In this document: positions 30,473 to 40,362 of the stretch, in pieces
How the letters are laid out: every line of letters begins with the position of its first letter
Numbering within the stretch: position 1 is the first letter of the stretch
Assembly (NCBI GenBank): GCA_038821645.1
Contig: JAWBDT010000009.1
Location: 1 to 64,000, forward strand
Origin: Ignisphaera sp.
Lineage (GTDB): Archaea > Thermoproteota > Thermoprotei_A > Sulfolobales > Ignisphaeraceae
Direction of reading: 5' to 3'
Length of the DNA: 64,000 nt
Notes under the pieces: generated by a model
Database searches by the model: none
Seen by the model: only the letters and a program-made list of their open reading frames with translations
Told to the model about the DNA's origin: nothing
Position numbers and translations under genes: made by a program

Positions 30473-31371
30473 TTAGAAGTATTTACGTAATTGTACACGA
30501 TATTTTATCGATATTGAGTAGAACTTGGAGAAAGAGATACTCCTTCAGGATAGCTTCAGTAGCCATGATAGCCATATTCTTACTAGCTATCCTAGGTCCA
30601 TATATAGCTCCCTATCCTAGGCAAGGTCTTGGTCTAGATATAGATAGATCTAGAGCACTTCTACCTCCTTCTCCAGAACATCTATTGGGTACTGACAGCT
30701 TTGGGAGAGATTTATTAAGCAGAATACTTTTCGCATTAGGTAGAGCTCTATACCCGAGTATTGTAGTGGTTTTTGTGAGTCTTCTACTAGGTATAGCTAT
30801 AGGGTCTATAGCCGCACTTTCACCTAAACCTATCGAGATATCTCTATCATACTTCATAGAACTTCTATTAGCTCTACCATCAGTTCTTTTAGCAGCTTTG
30901 CTAGCGATACTTATGGGAGGTACCCTAACCAGTATAGTTGTAGCGTTAATCGTTACCTGGTTTCCATGGTATGCAAGAATAGCATACATACAGGCACGAA
31001 ATCTCAAAGAACTAGACTTTGTTAAGCTTCCTCTATACTACGGTCTATCAAAGGGATACGTAATAATGAAGCATATAGCTCCCAACATACTTGCACCAAT
31101 GCTTATAGAAGCTTTAAGCGACATGGGTAGCGTAGTTTTAGAAATCTCTACAATAACATTCCTATTTGGGATAGGTATAACCTCTATAGAGGAGCCAGAT
31201 CTAGGTATGATGATAGCATATAGTTTAAGAGATCTAACTAGAGCGCCATGGACATTCTTAGCACCTTCTATAGTTCTTGCCACTATAGCTATAGTGTTTA
31301 CAGTATTTGGTGAAGCGATTTATGAAGAACATCACCCAGTATTGAAGAAGAGGTGGTGGCTATGGTTCTAG
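30469..31371 (+). CDS. dppC: Peptide ABC transporter permease
   Basis: PPSPEHLLGTDSFGRDLLSR, WFPWYAR, HIAPN. Confidence 0.9.
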   Translation: MIRSIYVIVHDILSILSRTWRKRYSFRIASVAMIAIFLLAILGPYIAPYPRQGLGLDIDRSRALLPPSPEHLLGTDSFGRDLLSRILFALGRALYPSIVVVFVSLLLGIAIGSIAALSPKPIEISLSYFIELLLALPSVLLAALLAILMGGTLTSIVVALIVTWFPWYARIAYIQARNLKELDFVKLPLYYGLSKGYVIMKHIAPNILAPMLIEALSDMGSVVLEISTITFLFGIGITSIEEPDLGMMIAYSLRDLTRAPWTFLAPSIVLATIAIVFTVFGEAIYEEHHPVLKKRWWLWF

Positions 31372-32315
31372 CTGTAAAGAGTTTGAAGCTCTATATAGGC
31401 TATGAATTAGACGAAGGTATAGCATGGGTTGTAGAAGACCTCAACATGAGTATAGAGAGTAATACAACATATTGTCTCATAGGTGAATCTGGTTGTGGTA
31501 AATCAACTATAGGGAACGCTATAGCAGGACTACTACCACCTTATGCATATACATATGGCAAGCTTATAGTTATGGATAAAAACGTCATAGATGAAGATGT
31601 TAGAAGATTCAATGGAATTAGAGGAAAGATTGTTGTAAAGATACCACAGGATCCAGCTTCAGCTCTAAATCCATATATGACTATAGGTGATCAGCTAGAT
31701 ATAGCTGTGAAAAACTATTTTCGAAATCTATCAGATAGAGAAGTTAAAGCAAAGACTCTAGAGCTTCTATCTGAGGTTATGTTGGATAGAGAAGTATATG
31801 ATATGTATCCTCATCAACTTAGTGGAGGAATGAAACAAAGAGCCGCTATAGCTTTAGCACTTGCACCAGAACCTAAGATAATTGTTGCAGATGAACCTAC
31901 ATCATCACTTGATGCATATCTAAAACATGCAATAGCTTCTCTCCTGAAGAAGCTCCAAAGAGAATGGGAACTAACAATGATCTTTATAACACATGAAATC
32001 CCTATAGCACAATATGTATGCAATAGAGTAGCTGTTATCTATGCTGGAAGAATTGTTGAAGAAGGGTTTGTTTCTGATGTTCTTCAGAATCCTAGACATC
32101 CTTATGTAGAGCTTCTGCTTAAGGCTTATCCAAAGAGGCTAAATAGAGAGAGATTGACAGACATTCCCGGTATGCCACCTCCACCAGGAAGATATCCCCA
32201 GGGCTGTAAGTTTGCTCCTAGATGTCCTTATGTCTTCGATAGATGTAGAATTGAAGAACCTCCACTAATAGCTTTAGGGAACTGTTTGATTAGGTGTTGG
32301 AGATATTATGAATGA
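31362..32315 (+). CDS. dppD: Peptide ABC transporter ATPase
   Basis: GESGCGKS, QDP, LSGGMKQR, ADEPT, HPY, C-terminal Cys cluster. Confidence 0.92.
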   Translation: MVLAVKSLKLYIGYELDEGIAWVVEDLNMSIESNTTYCLIGESGCGKSTIGNAIAGLLPPYAYTYGKLIVMDKNVIDEDVRRFNGIRGKIVVKIPQDPASALNPYMTIGDQLDIAVKNYFRNLSDREVKAKTLELLSEVMLDREVYDMYPHQLSGGMKQRAAIALALAPEPKIIVADEPTSSLDAYLKHAIASLLKKLQREWELTMIFITHEIPIAQYVCNRVAVIYAGRIVEEGFVSDVLQNPRHPYVELLLKAYPKRLNRERLTDIPGMPPPPGRYPQGCKFAPRCPYVFDRCRIEEPPLIALGNCLIRCWRYYE

Positions 32316-33240
32316 TCCATTGCTTAAGATAGAAAATCTACATACATATTATGCAGTTCCTATTGGAAATCTCAAGTTTGGTTATAGAAAGGTATGGGTT
32401 TTAAAAGGTATAGATCTAGAGGTATTTTCTAGAACTGTTCTTGGAATTGTTGGAGGTAGTGGTAGCGGTAAATCAACTATATTGAGAGCTATACTAGGGT
32501 TTGTTAAACCTGCTAGAGGTAGAATTCTATACCAAGGTATAAATCTACTCAAGCTCAAGTCTAGAGATAGGAAAAAGATAGCAAGAGAGATAAGCTATGT
32601 ACCTCAAGAACCAAGTCAATCCATAAACCCAAAGATGAGTATAGAAGATGTTTTAAAAGAACCATTAAAATCTCTAGGTATAGCTAAAAGCGATATAGAT
32701 AGAAGAATAGACCTAGTTCTCGAAATGCTTGATCTAGATCGATCAATAAGGAAGATGTACGCCAAAGAACTTAGTGGAGGAATGCTACAGAGAATAGCTA
32801 TAGCTAGAGCCATTATCTCAAAACCTAGGCTAGTTCTACTAGATGAACCAACAAGTAATCTAGATATCTCTATACAAGCACAGATACTGAACATGCTGAA
32901 AGATCTTAAAGAAGAACTTGGGCTAACCTATATATTTGTTTCACATGATATAGATGTTGTAAGCTATATAGCAGATAGAATAGCCGTAATAGCTTCAGGA
33001 AAAATAGTTGAAGAAGGATCAACAGAAGAAATACTAAAAGAACCACTACATCCCTATACACAACTACTCTTAAATCCAGAGAAAATAGTGAATAAAACAA
33101 CAATAAACAACAATCTATGTCCAATAACCAGCTGGTGTCCATGGAAAACAAATAAATGTGAAACCATGCCACCGCCAAAAACCAAAATAAACAATAGATA
33201 TATCTATTGCTGGAGATACACAGACCTTAAACAACTATAG
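32308..33240 (+). CDS. dppF: Peptide ABC transporter ATPase
   Basis: GGSGSGKS, LSGGMLQR, LDEPT, SHD, HPYT, Cys tail. Confidence 0.92.
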   Translation: MNDPLLKIENLHTYYAVPIGNLKFGYRKVWVLKGIDLEVFSRTVLGIVGGSGSGKSTILRAILGFVKPARGRILYQGINLLKLKSRDRKKIAREISYVPQEPSQSINPKMSIEDVLKEPLKSLGIAKSDIDRRIDLVLEMLDLDRSIRKMYAKELSGGMLQRIAIARAIISKPRLVLLDEPTSNLDISIQAQILNMLKDLKEELGLTYIFVSHDIDVVSYIADRIAVIASGKIVEEGSTEEILKEPLHPYTQLLLNPEKIVNKTTINNNLCPITSWCPWKTNKCETMPPPKTKINNRYIYCWRYTDLKQL

Positions 33241-33378
33241 TAACAACCATAAACATAGATTAATAGACTAATACCAAACATATAGCACACAACATCAAAA
33301 AGAAAATAGTTTCTAAATCTGTGTACAAATGTTAAGACATTAATTAAAAATTAATGCTAAAAACTAATTGAAGTTTAT

Positions 33379-34008
33379 TTACATCTCACCTTTCTCTAAC
33401 TTCTCTATCGCTGATCCAAGACCTATATACATCAGTATCCATGCTATAAACGGTATACCTATTATAAATAATATGCCTGCCACCATTATCGAAGTAACAC
33501 TAAATGTATCGTTTAGTTTAAATGATAGAATTATTAGACCTATATAGCCAACTAAAAGCATTATACCTCCTATAACCACTAATGCTAAACCCCCCAAAAT
33601 GATTCCAAGGTTTAACGCGAATGCCCCAGCAAGAATGATTATAATGGCTATAAGCATTAATACTGCTCCTCCACCATATCCTATCTTTAAGAGTTTTGAA
33701 GATGTAGAGAACTTCTCATCCCATTCCGCTAATTTTGATGTACCTGGAATCACAAATCCAAAGAGACCAACCAAATTCAGTATGAAACCAACTATAGCTA
33801 CTCCTAGTATCGTAGCTAAGCCCATAAACGCTCCTATAGCACCTCCACCAAAACCTGTTGCCAGTATTGTAGGTATTGCCGTTATAAGAGCACCAACTAT
33901 TAATAGTGTTGCTACTATGAATATTATGGCTCCTGTCCTAAGTTTCCTGAGCCCCTCTATAGCTATGGACTTACTTTCTGTACTTACAGAAGATTGTGGT
34001 GACCCCAT
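33379..34008 (-). CDS. DUF973-like membrane protein
   Basis: EGLRKLRTG, Gly-rich TMs, AGILFII, WILMYIGLG. Confidence 0.72.
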   Translation of the reverse strand: MGSPQSSVSTESKSIAIEGLRKLRTGAIIFIVATLLIVGALITAIPTILATGFGGGAIGAFMGLATILGVAIVGFILNLVGLFGFVIPGTSKLAEWDEKFSTSSKLLKIGYGGGAVLMLIAIIIILAGAFALNLGIILGGLALVVIGGIMLLVGYIGLIILSFKLNDTFSVTSIMVAGILFIIGIPFIAWILMYIGLGSAIEKLEKGEM

Positions 34009-34176
34009 CTTCTGTACCTCACTCTCTATCTAGCTATGGTTTCTCTTATATAAACTTTACTTTCTATAGGCTGGTTAAGTATTATAGATATTGTGTTATA
34101 GAGCTTTGTATCAATGTGGAAACTTATACTTGACAGAATTGCATAAGTGTGTGACACATAGGTATTGTGTATGTGG

Positions 34177-34246
34177 GGGTGTGCGACCCCGTCGGCTTCT
34201 CTCTTCATTCTCTCCGTATCTACGGAGCGTCTGAGAGCCTTCCCAC
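34177..34246 (-). ncRNA. Putative non-canonical H/ACA pseudouridylation guide RNA with K-turn (predicted target 23S U2511, E. coli numbering)
   Basis: GC-rich island; K-turn CUCU-CAGA...AUGAAGA-GAG with apical hairpin CUCCGU/ACGGAG; arms GUGGGAA and GCCGAC complementary to recalled 23S GUCGGC-UC-UUCCCAC; ACA 14 nt after the start of the 3' arm; TATA box upstream. Confidence 0.72.
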
Positions 34247-34267
34247 TTTATCTTTTAAGGTTTGGTG

Positions 34268-34285
34268 TTTAAAAATATTTTCTTT
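34268..34285 (-). promoter_or_regulatory. BRE/TATA promoter of the guide RNA
   Basis: Minus strand AAAGAAAATA-TTTTTAAA ending 21 nt before the first G of the RNA. Confidence 0.6.
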
Positions 34286-34354
34286 TTACCGGTTCATGCA
34301 TATTTATTAGCTCTAGATTCATCTATCTTTCAATGGGATCTATTGTTGTTGTTT

Positions 34355-34711
34355 ATGTCTTCAGGTAAGCTTGTTAAGAACTATACAGTATTGGAGAAGT
34401 ATTTTGATTTGTTAGAGAAGATGGGGGTAGATAAATCTCTGTATTTACCGAGTTCAAGTGATATGGATTTTGTTGTGAGGCTTGTATCCTCTGGTAGAAA
34501 AAAGCTTTCAGATGTTTTAGAAGAGCTTATTGCTAGAATTGTGGCTAGAGTGCATAGAGAAGCTGCTAAAGAGGCTATTAGAGAGGCTTTAGGTAGCGAT
34601 ATTGATGAAGAGATTGCTGTAGATATTGTGGCTAGAGATATTGCTGGATGGATTCTAGAAATAGCTGAGAACATGGGTCTAATAAAGATAGATAGTAGCA
34701 TGATACGCTAA
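34355..34711 (+). CDS. Conserved hypothetical crenarchaeal protein
   Basis: 118-aa ORF with coding-like codon usage from ATG 34355; the ORF-track extension to 34262 covers the divergent promoter. Confidence 0.7.
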   Translation: MSSGKLVKNYTVLEKYFDLLEKMGVDKSLYLPSSSDMDFVVRLVSSGRKKLSDVLEELIARIVARVHREAAKEAIREALGSDIDEEIAVDIVARDIAGWILEIAENMGLIKIDSSMIR

Positions 34712-34784
34712 AACTCGTCAAAAGAGTAGTGAGATTGTGTGGGCTAAATTTTTGTAGATCTTTGGCTATAGACTTTTTCTCAAA

Positions 34785-35993
34785 TTATTCTTCGTTTCTG
34801 ATTACTTCTGATAATCTCTCTATCCCTATTCTTATCTGTTCAACTGTTGGGTATGTAAAGTTTAGTCTCATTGTATCGTGACCATTTTCATTGTGGTAGA
34901 ACCCTTTTCCAGGTACATAGAGAACACCTCTACTGAATGCCTTAGGTAGAAGTTTCTCTGTATCTATATCTCTATTGAGTTTAACCCATACAAACATACC
35001 TCCTATAGGTTTTGTCCACCAAGCTTCTTTTGGAAAGTACTCCTCTATGGATTCTATCATTGTGTTTCTCTTTAATCTATAGATAGACTTTATCTTCTCT
35101 ATATTCTTCTCTATGATTCTTTCCCTCAACGCAAAAGCAGCTATGTATTGATTGAATGAAGGTGTATGTAGATCTACTATCTGTTTAAACGTCTCGAGAC
35201 TATCTATAACTTCTCTAGCTGCTATGATATGACCTAGTCTAAGACCTGGCGTCAGTACCTTACTTAATGAACCTATGTAGATAACTCTTCCAGATCTATC
35301 TAGTGTGTAGAGTGGGGGAATAGAGCTACCTTCATCGAATACCACTAAACCATATGCATCATCTTCGATTATCAGGAAATCAAATTCTTCAGCAAGCTCA
35401 ATTAGATGCTTTCTTCTCTCAATAGATAGTGTTACACCCGATGGGTTTTGAGCTGTAGGAACTGTGTAGACGATCTTAACCTTATCTCCATCGGATCTAA
35501 GCTTCCTAAGTTTTTCTGCAAGAACTTCTGTCTTCATACCTTCATCATCTATTGGAACACCAATGAATCTAGGTTTTCTAGCTCTAAATACATTAAGTGC
35601 AGCTATATAGGTAGGCTCTTCAACAACAACTACATCGTTTTCATCTAAATACATTCTAGCCACAATATCTATGGCTTGTTGAGAACCTGTTGTCACTAAA
35701 ACATTCTCTAGCGATGCCTTTATTCCTCGCGTTCTATAGAGAAAGTCTACTAACTCATTCATGTATATCGATATACCTCTACTTGGCATATACTGAAGAG
35801 CATCAGCTCCATAACTCTCTAGAACCTCTATCACTATCCTCTTGAGCTCTACTATAGGAAATGTGGAGGGATCTGGTAATCCTCCAGCAAAACTTATTAT
35901 CGATTTATCTTCTAGAAACTGAAGCGAGTATCTAGCTACTATCGAAGCTACATGCTCTCCATCTCTTGATCTATACTTTCTATAGTCTATCAT
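34785..35993 (-). CDS. PLP-dependent aminotransferase class I/II (LysN/ARO8-like)
   Basis: SFAGGLPD, TGSQQA, QNPSG, EDDAY, SLSKVLTPGLRLG, RLNF. Confidence 0.92.
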   Translation of the reverse strand: MIDYRKYRSRDGEHVASIVARYSLQFLEDKSIISFAGGLPDPSTFPIVELKRIVIEVLESYGADALQYMPSRGISIYMNELVDFLYRTRGIKASLENVLVTTGSQQAIDIVARMYLDENDVVVVEEPTYIAALNVFRARKPRFIGVPIDDEGMKTEVLAEKLRKLRSDGDKVKIVYTVPTAQNPSGVTLSIERRKHLIELAEEFDFLIIEDDAYGLVVFDEGSSIPPLYTLDRSGRVIYIGSLSKVLTPGLRLGHIIAAREVIDSLETFKQIVDLHTPSFNQYIAAFALRERIIEKNIEKIKSIYRLKRNTMIESIEEYFPKEAWWTKPIGGMFVWVKLNRDIDTEKLLPKAFSRGVLYVPGKGFYHNENGHDTMRLNFTYPTVEQIRIGIERLSEVIRNEE

Positions 35994-36139
35994 AATTCTT
36001 CCACAAATGTTGTAGAACTCCAGAATAAATCTGTTTATGAATATAAAACATTTTTAAAAACATTAAATCTACGTAATCCACAAAACTTTAGATCGATATA
36101 TAGATAGTGCAGGAGATGCTATAGCACAGATGATGAGAC

Positions 36140-37510
36140 ATGAGTATTATAACAATAGTTCCAAGAGATATCATTGCCCTTATTAAAGCTACTAGATATG
36201 GTGAAGAAGTAAAGCCTAGTCAACAAGCTAAAAGAAAGGTATTCGAGGAAGAAGGTATCGCTGGTACATATAAAGATAGGATCTTGACAGCTATATTCTA
36301 CGATATATGGAGACGTATGGGTATAATAGATAGAGTAGCTATAGAGCTTACCAACGTTAGTGATATAGCTATATTGGATCCTTGGTTAAGAGCTGCTTTA
36401 AGAGTAGCTATAGAGATACTAGTTTTCGAGAAATTCGTTAGAGATAGAGATAGAGATACTAGAAATCTATTTATAAAGTATTTGAAGGGACCTGTAGCTA
36501 GTTTTCTATCCAATATTACACACCCTTATGTAGGTATGTACTTCTGGAAACTTGTTGACCGATTAGCTACCTATAGATATGAACCTAGAGATCTCTACCT
36601 TAAATGGGAATATAGATACCTAGTTTCTGAATTCATTATAAAGAAGCTTGTAGAGCTCATAGGCAGAGAAGAGACAAAGAAGTTTCTTCAAGCTGTAAAC
36701 AGAGTTCCTCCGATAAGTGTTAGAGTCAATATACTCAAAGCATCAGTTGATGAAGTTGTTAAAACACTTAGAGAAGAAGGTTTAGAACCAGTAGTAGGTA
36801 GATATGTACCAACTGTAGTGAAGTTTAGAGGGCCTTATGATTTCAATAGATCTAGGCTATTCAACGAGGGTAAGATAGTTATTCAAGATGAGGCATCAGC
36901 TGTAGCCTCTATTGTACTTGATCCAAAACCAGGTGAAATAGTTGTAGATCTATGTGCTGCACCAGGAGGAAAGACTGAGCATATGGCTGAGCTTATGAAT
37001 AACAGTGGAACTATATATGCTTTCGATATAGATAAGAATAGGATAGCCAGGATGAAGAAGCTTCTGAATAAAACAGGAATAAATATTGTTAAGGTGTATG
37101 AAGAAGATGGAAGAAAAGCTTCAAAAATAATTGGTGAAGATGTGGCAGACAAAGTTCTTGTTGATCCTCCTTGCACATCTACAGGAACTATAGCGAAGAA
37201 TCATGAAGTTAGGTGGAGAGTTGTCTATGAAAGAATAGATGATGTTCAAAAACTTCAGATAGAGCTTCTAGAGACAGCTATAAAGCTTGTGAAACCTGGT
37301 GGAAGAATACTGTATACTGTATGCTCTATATTTAGAGAAGAAGGTGAAGACGTTATTAGATACATTCTTGATAGATATAGCGATAAAGTGTTTCTTATAC
37401 CATTAACTAGACCCTTCGATCCCGGCTTTCTCAAAGGTACAATGAGAGCGTGGCCTCATAGACATTCTGTCAACGGCTTCTTTTACGCACTTCTAGAGAA
37501 AAAACAATGA
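36140..37510 (+). CDS. RsmB/NOP2-family RNA m5C methyltransferase
   Basis: IQDEAS, DLCAAPGGKT, VDPPCTSTG, YTVCS, GFFYA. Confidence 0.92.
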   Translation: MSIITIVPRDIIALIKATRYGEEVKPSQQAKRKVFEEEGIAGTYKDRILTAIFYDIWRRMGIIDRVAIELTNVSDIAILDPWLRAALRVAIEILVFEKFVRDRDRDTRNLFIKYLKGPVASFLSNITHPYVGMYFWKLVDRLATYRYEPRDLYLKWEYRYLVSEFIIKKLVELIGREETKKFLQAVNRVPPISVRVNILKASVDEVVKTLREEGLEPVVGRYVPTVVKFRGPYDFNRSRLFNEGKIVIQDEASAVASIVLDPKPGEIVVDLCAAPGGKTEHMAELMNNSGTIYAFDIDKNRIARMKKLLNKTGINIVKVYEEDGRKASKIIGEDVADKVLVDPPCTSTGTIAKNHEVRWRVVYERIDDVQKLQIELLETAIKLVKPGGRILYTVCSIFREEGEDVIRYILDRYSDKVFLIPLTRPFDPGFLKGTMRAWPHRHSVNGFFYALLEKKQ

Positions 37511-37627
37511 AGATGATGCTAGCTGGATACCAGATACAATTAATATTTAACATGATTATACATAGAGCGAAGATTATTAGTATATATATATCACGATTTT
37601 GCCTATCCACTATATCTTGAATGCTTC

Positions 37628-38209
37628 TTAATCCATTATCTCTTCTATATCTTCTAGAGTATTGATGCTTCTAAAGACCTCTCTATACTCGCTTAATTCT
37701 GTATCTATATGTATGAACTGTACATCTACTTTAAGTTTCCTTAACAGTCTCTGTATACTGTATTCAGTACTTGCTATACCGTATTCAATTATATTAGTTA
37801 TCTTATTGGTGTATATTGCTGCAAGAGGCTCCATATATACTCCTCCCCAAGTCGGTATACATGCATAGGCATCTTTAACACATAATTCATCTATCTTCTC
37901 TATATAGCTACAGCTAATGTTAGGCATATCACCTCCTATAACAAGAACTCTATTAAACATCTTTGTGGCTATATATATACCTCCAATAGGTCCTATACAC
38001 AGATTGTCTACAACTGTCTCTACACCTAGATCGACTAGATTATGTACATTATATGGAGAAGCTATGGCTATAACCTTCATAACGTTTCTACATAATCCAA
38101 GACGCTCAATTATGTACATAACCAGAGGTCTACCTTTAAAAGGATAGAAGAGCTTATTCACAAAGAATCTAGTGGAGCTTCCTCCAGCTAAAACAGCTAC
38201 AGATATCAT
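37628..38209 (-). CDS. mobA: Molybdenum cofactor guanylyltransferase
   Basis: LAGGSSTRF, GPIGG, GGDMP, EPLAAIY, SINTLED. Confidence 0.88.
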   Translation of the reverse strand: MISVAVLAGGSSTRFFVNKLFYPFKGRPLVMYIIERLGLCRNVMKVIAIASPYNVHNLVDLGVETVVDNLCIGPIGGIYIATKMFNRVLVIGGDMPNISCSYIEKIDELCVKDAYACIPTWGGVYMEPLAAIYTNKITNIIEYGIASTEYSIQRLLRKLKVDVQFIHIDTELSEYREVFRSINTLEDIEEIMD

Positions 38210-38229
38210 TAAACCACTCTATGGGTTCA

Positions 38230-39831
38230 TCAAACAAGTTTGGGGAAGTATCTATCTATTATAGCTCTATGATTCTCTCTCAATAGTTTCACAGCTCTAG
38301 GTAGATAGTTCATTATATCGTCTGGTGTTACACCATCTTCACCAATATCATCTGCTGCTAAATCACCTGCTAATCCATGTATAAGCACACCCATTCTTGT
38401 TGCCAATCCTATATCTCTATAACCTATACCATACATAGCCGCTATAGCTCCTGTTAAAACATCACCTGAACCAGCTTTAGCCATGCCGGGGTTTCCAGTC
38501 ATATTTATATATACATAGCCATCCGGGTACCCTATAAGGCTATGAGCACCTTTAAGCACTATATATGCATTTAATTCTCTACATGATTTTCTAAGAATAC
38601 CTATAGGATCTTCTTGGATATTCTTGATTTCGAGACTTATCAAACGAGAGAATTCAGCTAGATGAGGCGTTATTACTGTTTGTGCTTTCCTCTTCCTAAT
38701 GATTTCTATATCTCTTGCTACAGCTGTTATACCGTCACCATCAACTATAACAGGTCTATCTATATGTGTAATAAGTTCTCTGACAAGTTGTTGAGATTCT
38801 TGATTGAGAGATATACCAGGACCTACAGCAACTATATCTATACTGTATTCTTCTACAATATCCAGAATATGTTCGAGATTACTGAGAGCTATAGATCCTT
38901 CAGCTGTTTCTTCAAGAGGTATATAAACTACCCCACTACATCTAGCAGCAATATATGGTACAACTGATTTAGGTGTAGCTAATCTAGAGTAACCTCCACC
39001 TGCTTTAAGAAAAGAGTAAGATACATAGTATGGTGCACCATAGTAATATCTAGAACCAGCAACAGCTAGAAACTTCCCAAACACACCTTTATGTCCCCAC
39101 TTAACTCTTTCTGGAGGTTGTATAGGTGTATTCAGTTCTGTCTTTATATCTTCTAGAAGGTTACGTGGATACGATAGAAAAGATACATACAGCTTACCAC
39201 AGTAACTGTATCCAGGATACAGAATGTTTCCATACTTAGGTAGACCCAATGTAATAGTTAGCCAAGATTTAATAGCAACACCTCTAACAAGCCCGTTATT
39301 TCCATCGATACCAGAAGGAATATCGATACTTACGACAGGTTTACCCCACCTATTTATCTCCTCTATAACCTCTCTATATAGACCCCTCACCTCTCCCCTC
39401 AAACCTATACCTATAAGACCTACAACCACATATTCACACCAATCAAGAAGTTTCCTCAATCTATCCAATTCTTCTGAAGTAGACACATTTACAACCTCTA
39501 TACCCAAGGCCTTAACAAGCTCTAGATTCTTTCTACATAACTCAGTAGCTCTCGAAACATCACCAACAACAACCACCTTCACATCTCCTCCAGCTGAGTA
39601 GATCCTTCTACCAGCAACAAGAGCATCACCACCATTATTTCCCGTACCAGCTACAACAAGAAATCTCTTATAAAGAACATCACCAATTTCCTTAACTATA
39701 GCCGAGAAAACAGCTGAACCTGCATCCTCCATAAGCAGAAGATGATCTATACCACAAATTTTTGCCGCATCTTCATCAATTCTCTTCATCTCTTCAACAC
39801 TACAGACCTTCAACACATATTTCGACAACAT
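38230..39831 (-). CDS. nnr: Bifunctional NAD(P)H-hydrate epimerase/dehydratase
   Basis: LMEDAG, GNNGGDA, DIPSG, HKG, GPG, VDGDG, TPHLAEF, GSGDVLTG. Confidence 0.93.
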   Translation of the reverse strand: MLSKYVLKVCSVEEMKRIDEDAAKICGIDHLLLMEDAGSAVFSAIVKEIGDVLYKRFLVVAGTGNNGGDALVAGRRIYSAGGDVKVVVVGDVSRATELCRKNLELVKALGIEVVNVSTSEELDRLRKLLDWCEYVVVGLIGIGLRGEVRGLYREVIEEINRWGKPVVSIDIPSGIDGNNGLVRGVAIKSWLTITLGLPKYGNILYPGYSYCGKLYVSFLSYPRNLLEDIKTELNTPIQPPERVKWGHKGVFGKFLAVAGSRYYYGAPYYVSYSFLKAGGGYSRLATPKSVVPYIAARCSGVVYIPLEETAEGSIALSNLEHILDIVEEYSIDIVAVGPGISLNQESQQLVRELITHIDRPVIVDGDGITAVARDIEIIRKRKAQTVITPHLAEFSRLISLEIKNIQEDPIGILRKSCRELNAYIVLKGAHSLIGYPDGYVYINMTGNPGMAKAGSGDVLTGAIAAMYGIGYRDIGLATRMGVLIHGLAGDLAADDIGEDGVTPDDIMNYLPRAVKLLRENHRAIIDRYFPKLV

Positions 39832-40362
39832 TCAATCACCGAGATATATCCAGTCTACATTAAAAATCTATGTTCTTCTAAAATTGCTGTGGAACTAGAG
39901 TGTATCTACAAAAATATAACCTATATCGATAATCAATAGTAGTATCATTATACTTGATGATCATCTTAATATACATTGATGCTACACGAGAACTGTTTAG
40001 CTAAAACATAGAGAATGAACCTATAGAAACACGAAGTATCTAATAGAGCTAGAGTCTCTTCTAGCGCTTATCAAAATTCTAAAAGAAAGTTTAACACATC
40101 CAGTATCTTGGTCACACACTAGTTCTAGCAATATATATATCGGGACGCTATATAACCCGCAGTCTATATAGAGATCGTCCTTACAATACTTGTGGAACAG
40201 ATTTTTATAACCACATTATTCCTAAATATCTATGTATCTGAATATTTAAAGATTTGATATAAGCCATAAAATGTTTTCACTATCTTCGAGATATACATTC
40301 TAATGAACTCCTATAACCAGTTCCCTATAATTTAGGGTAATATTGATAATCATATATAATTG

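Noticed and set aside
34026-34208. 60-aa minus-strand ORF MKREADGVAHPHIH...
   Set aside because: Its ATG is part of the K-turn box of the predicted guide RNA; no SD; not protein-like
34173-34246. tRNA or tRNA half in the GC-rich island
   Set aside because: No cloverleaf, TPsiC (GTTCRA) or D-loop motifs; K-turn plus rRNA complementarity explains it better
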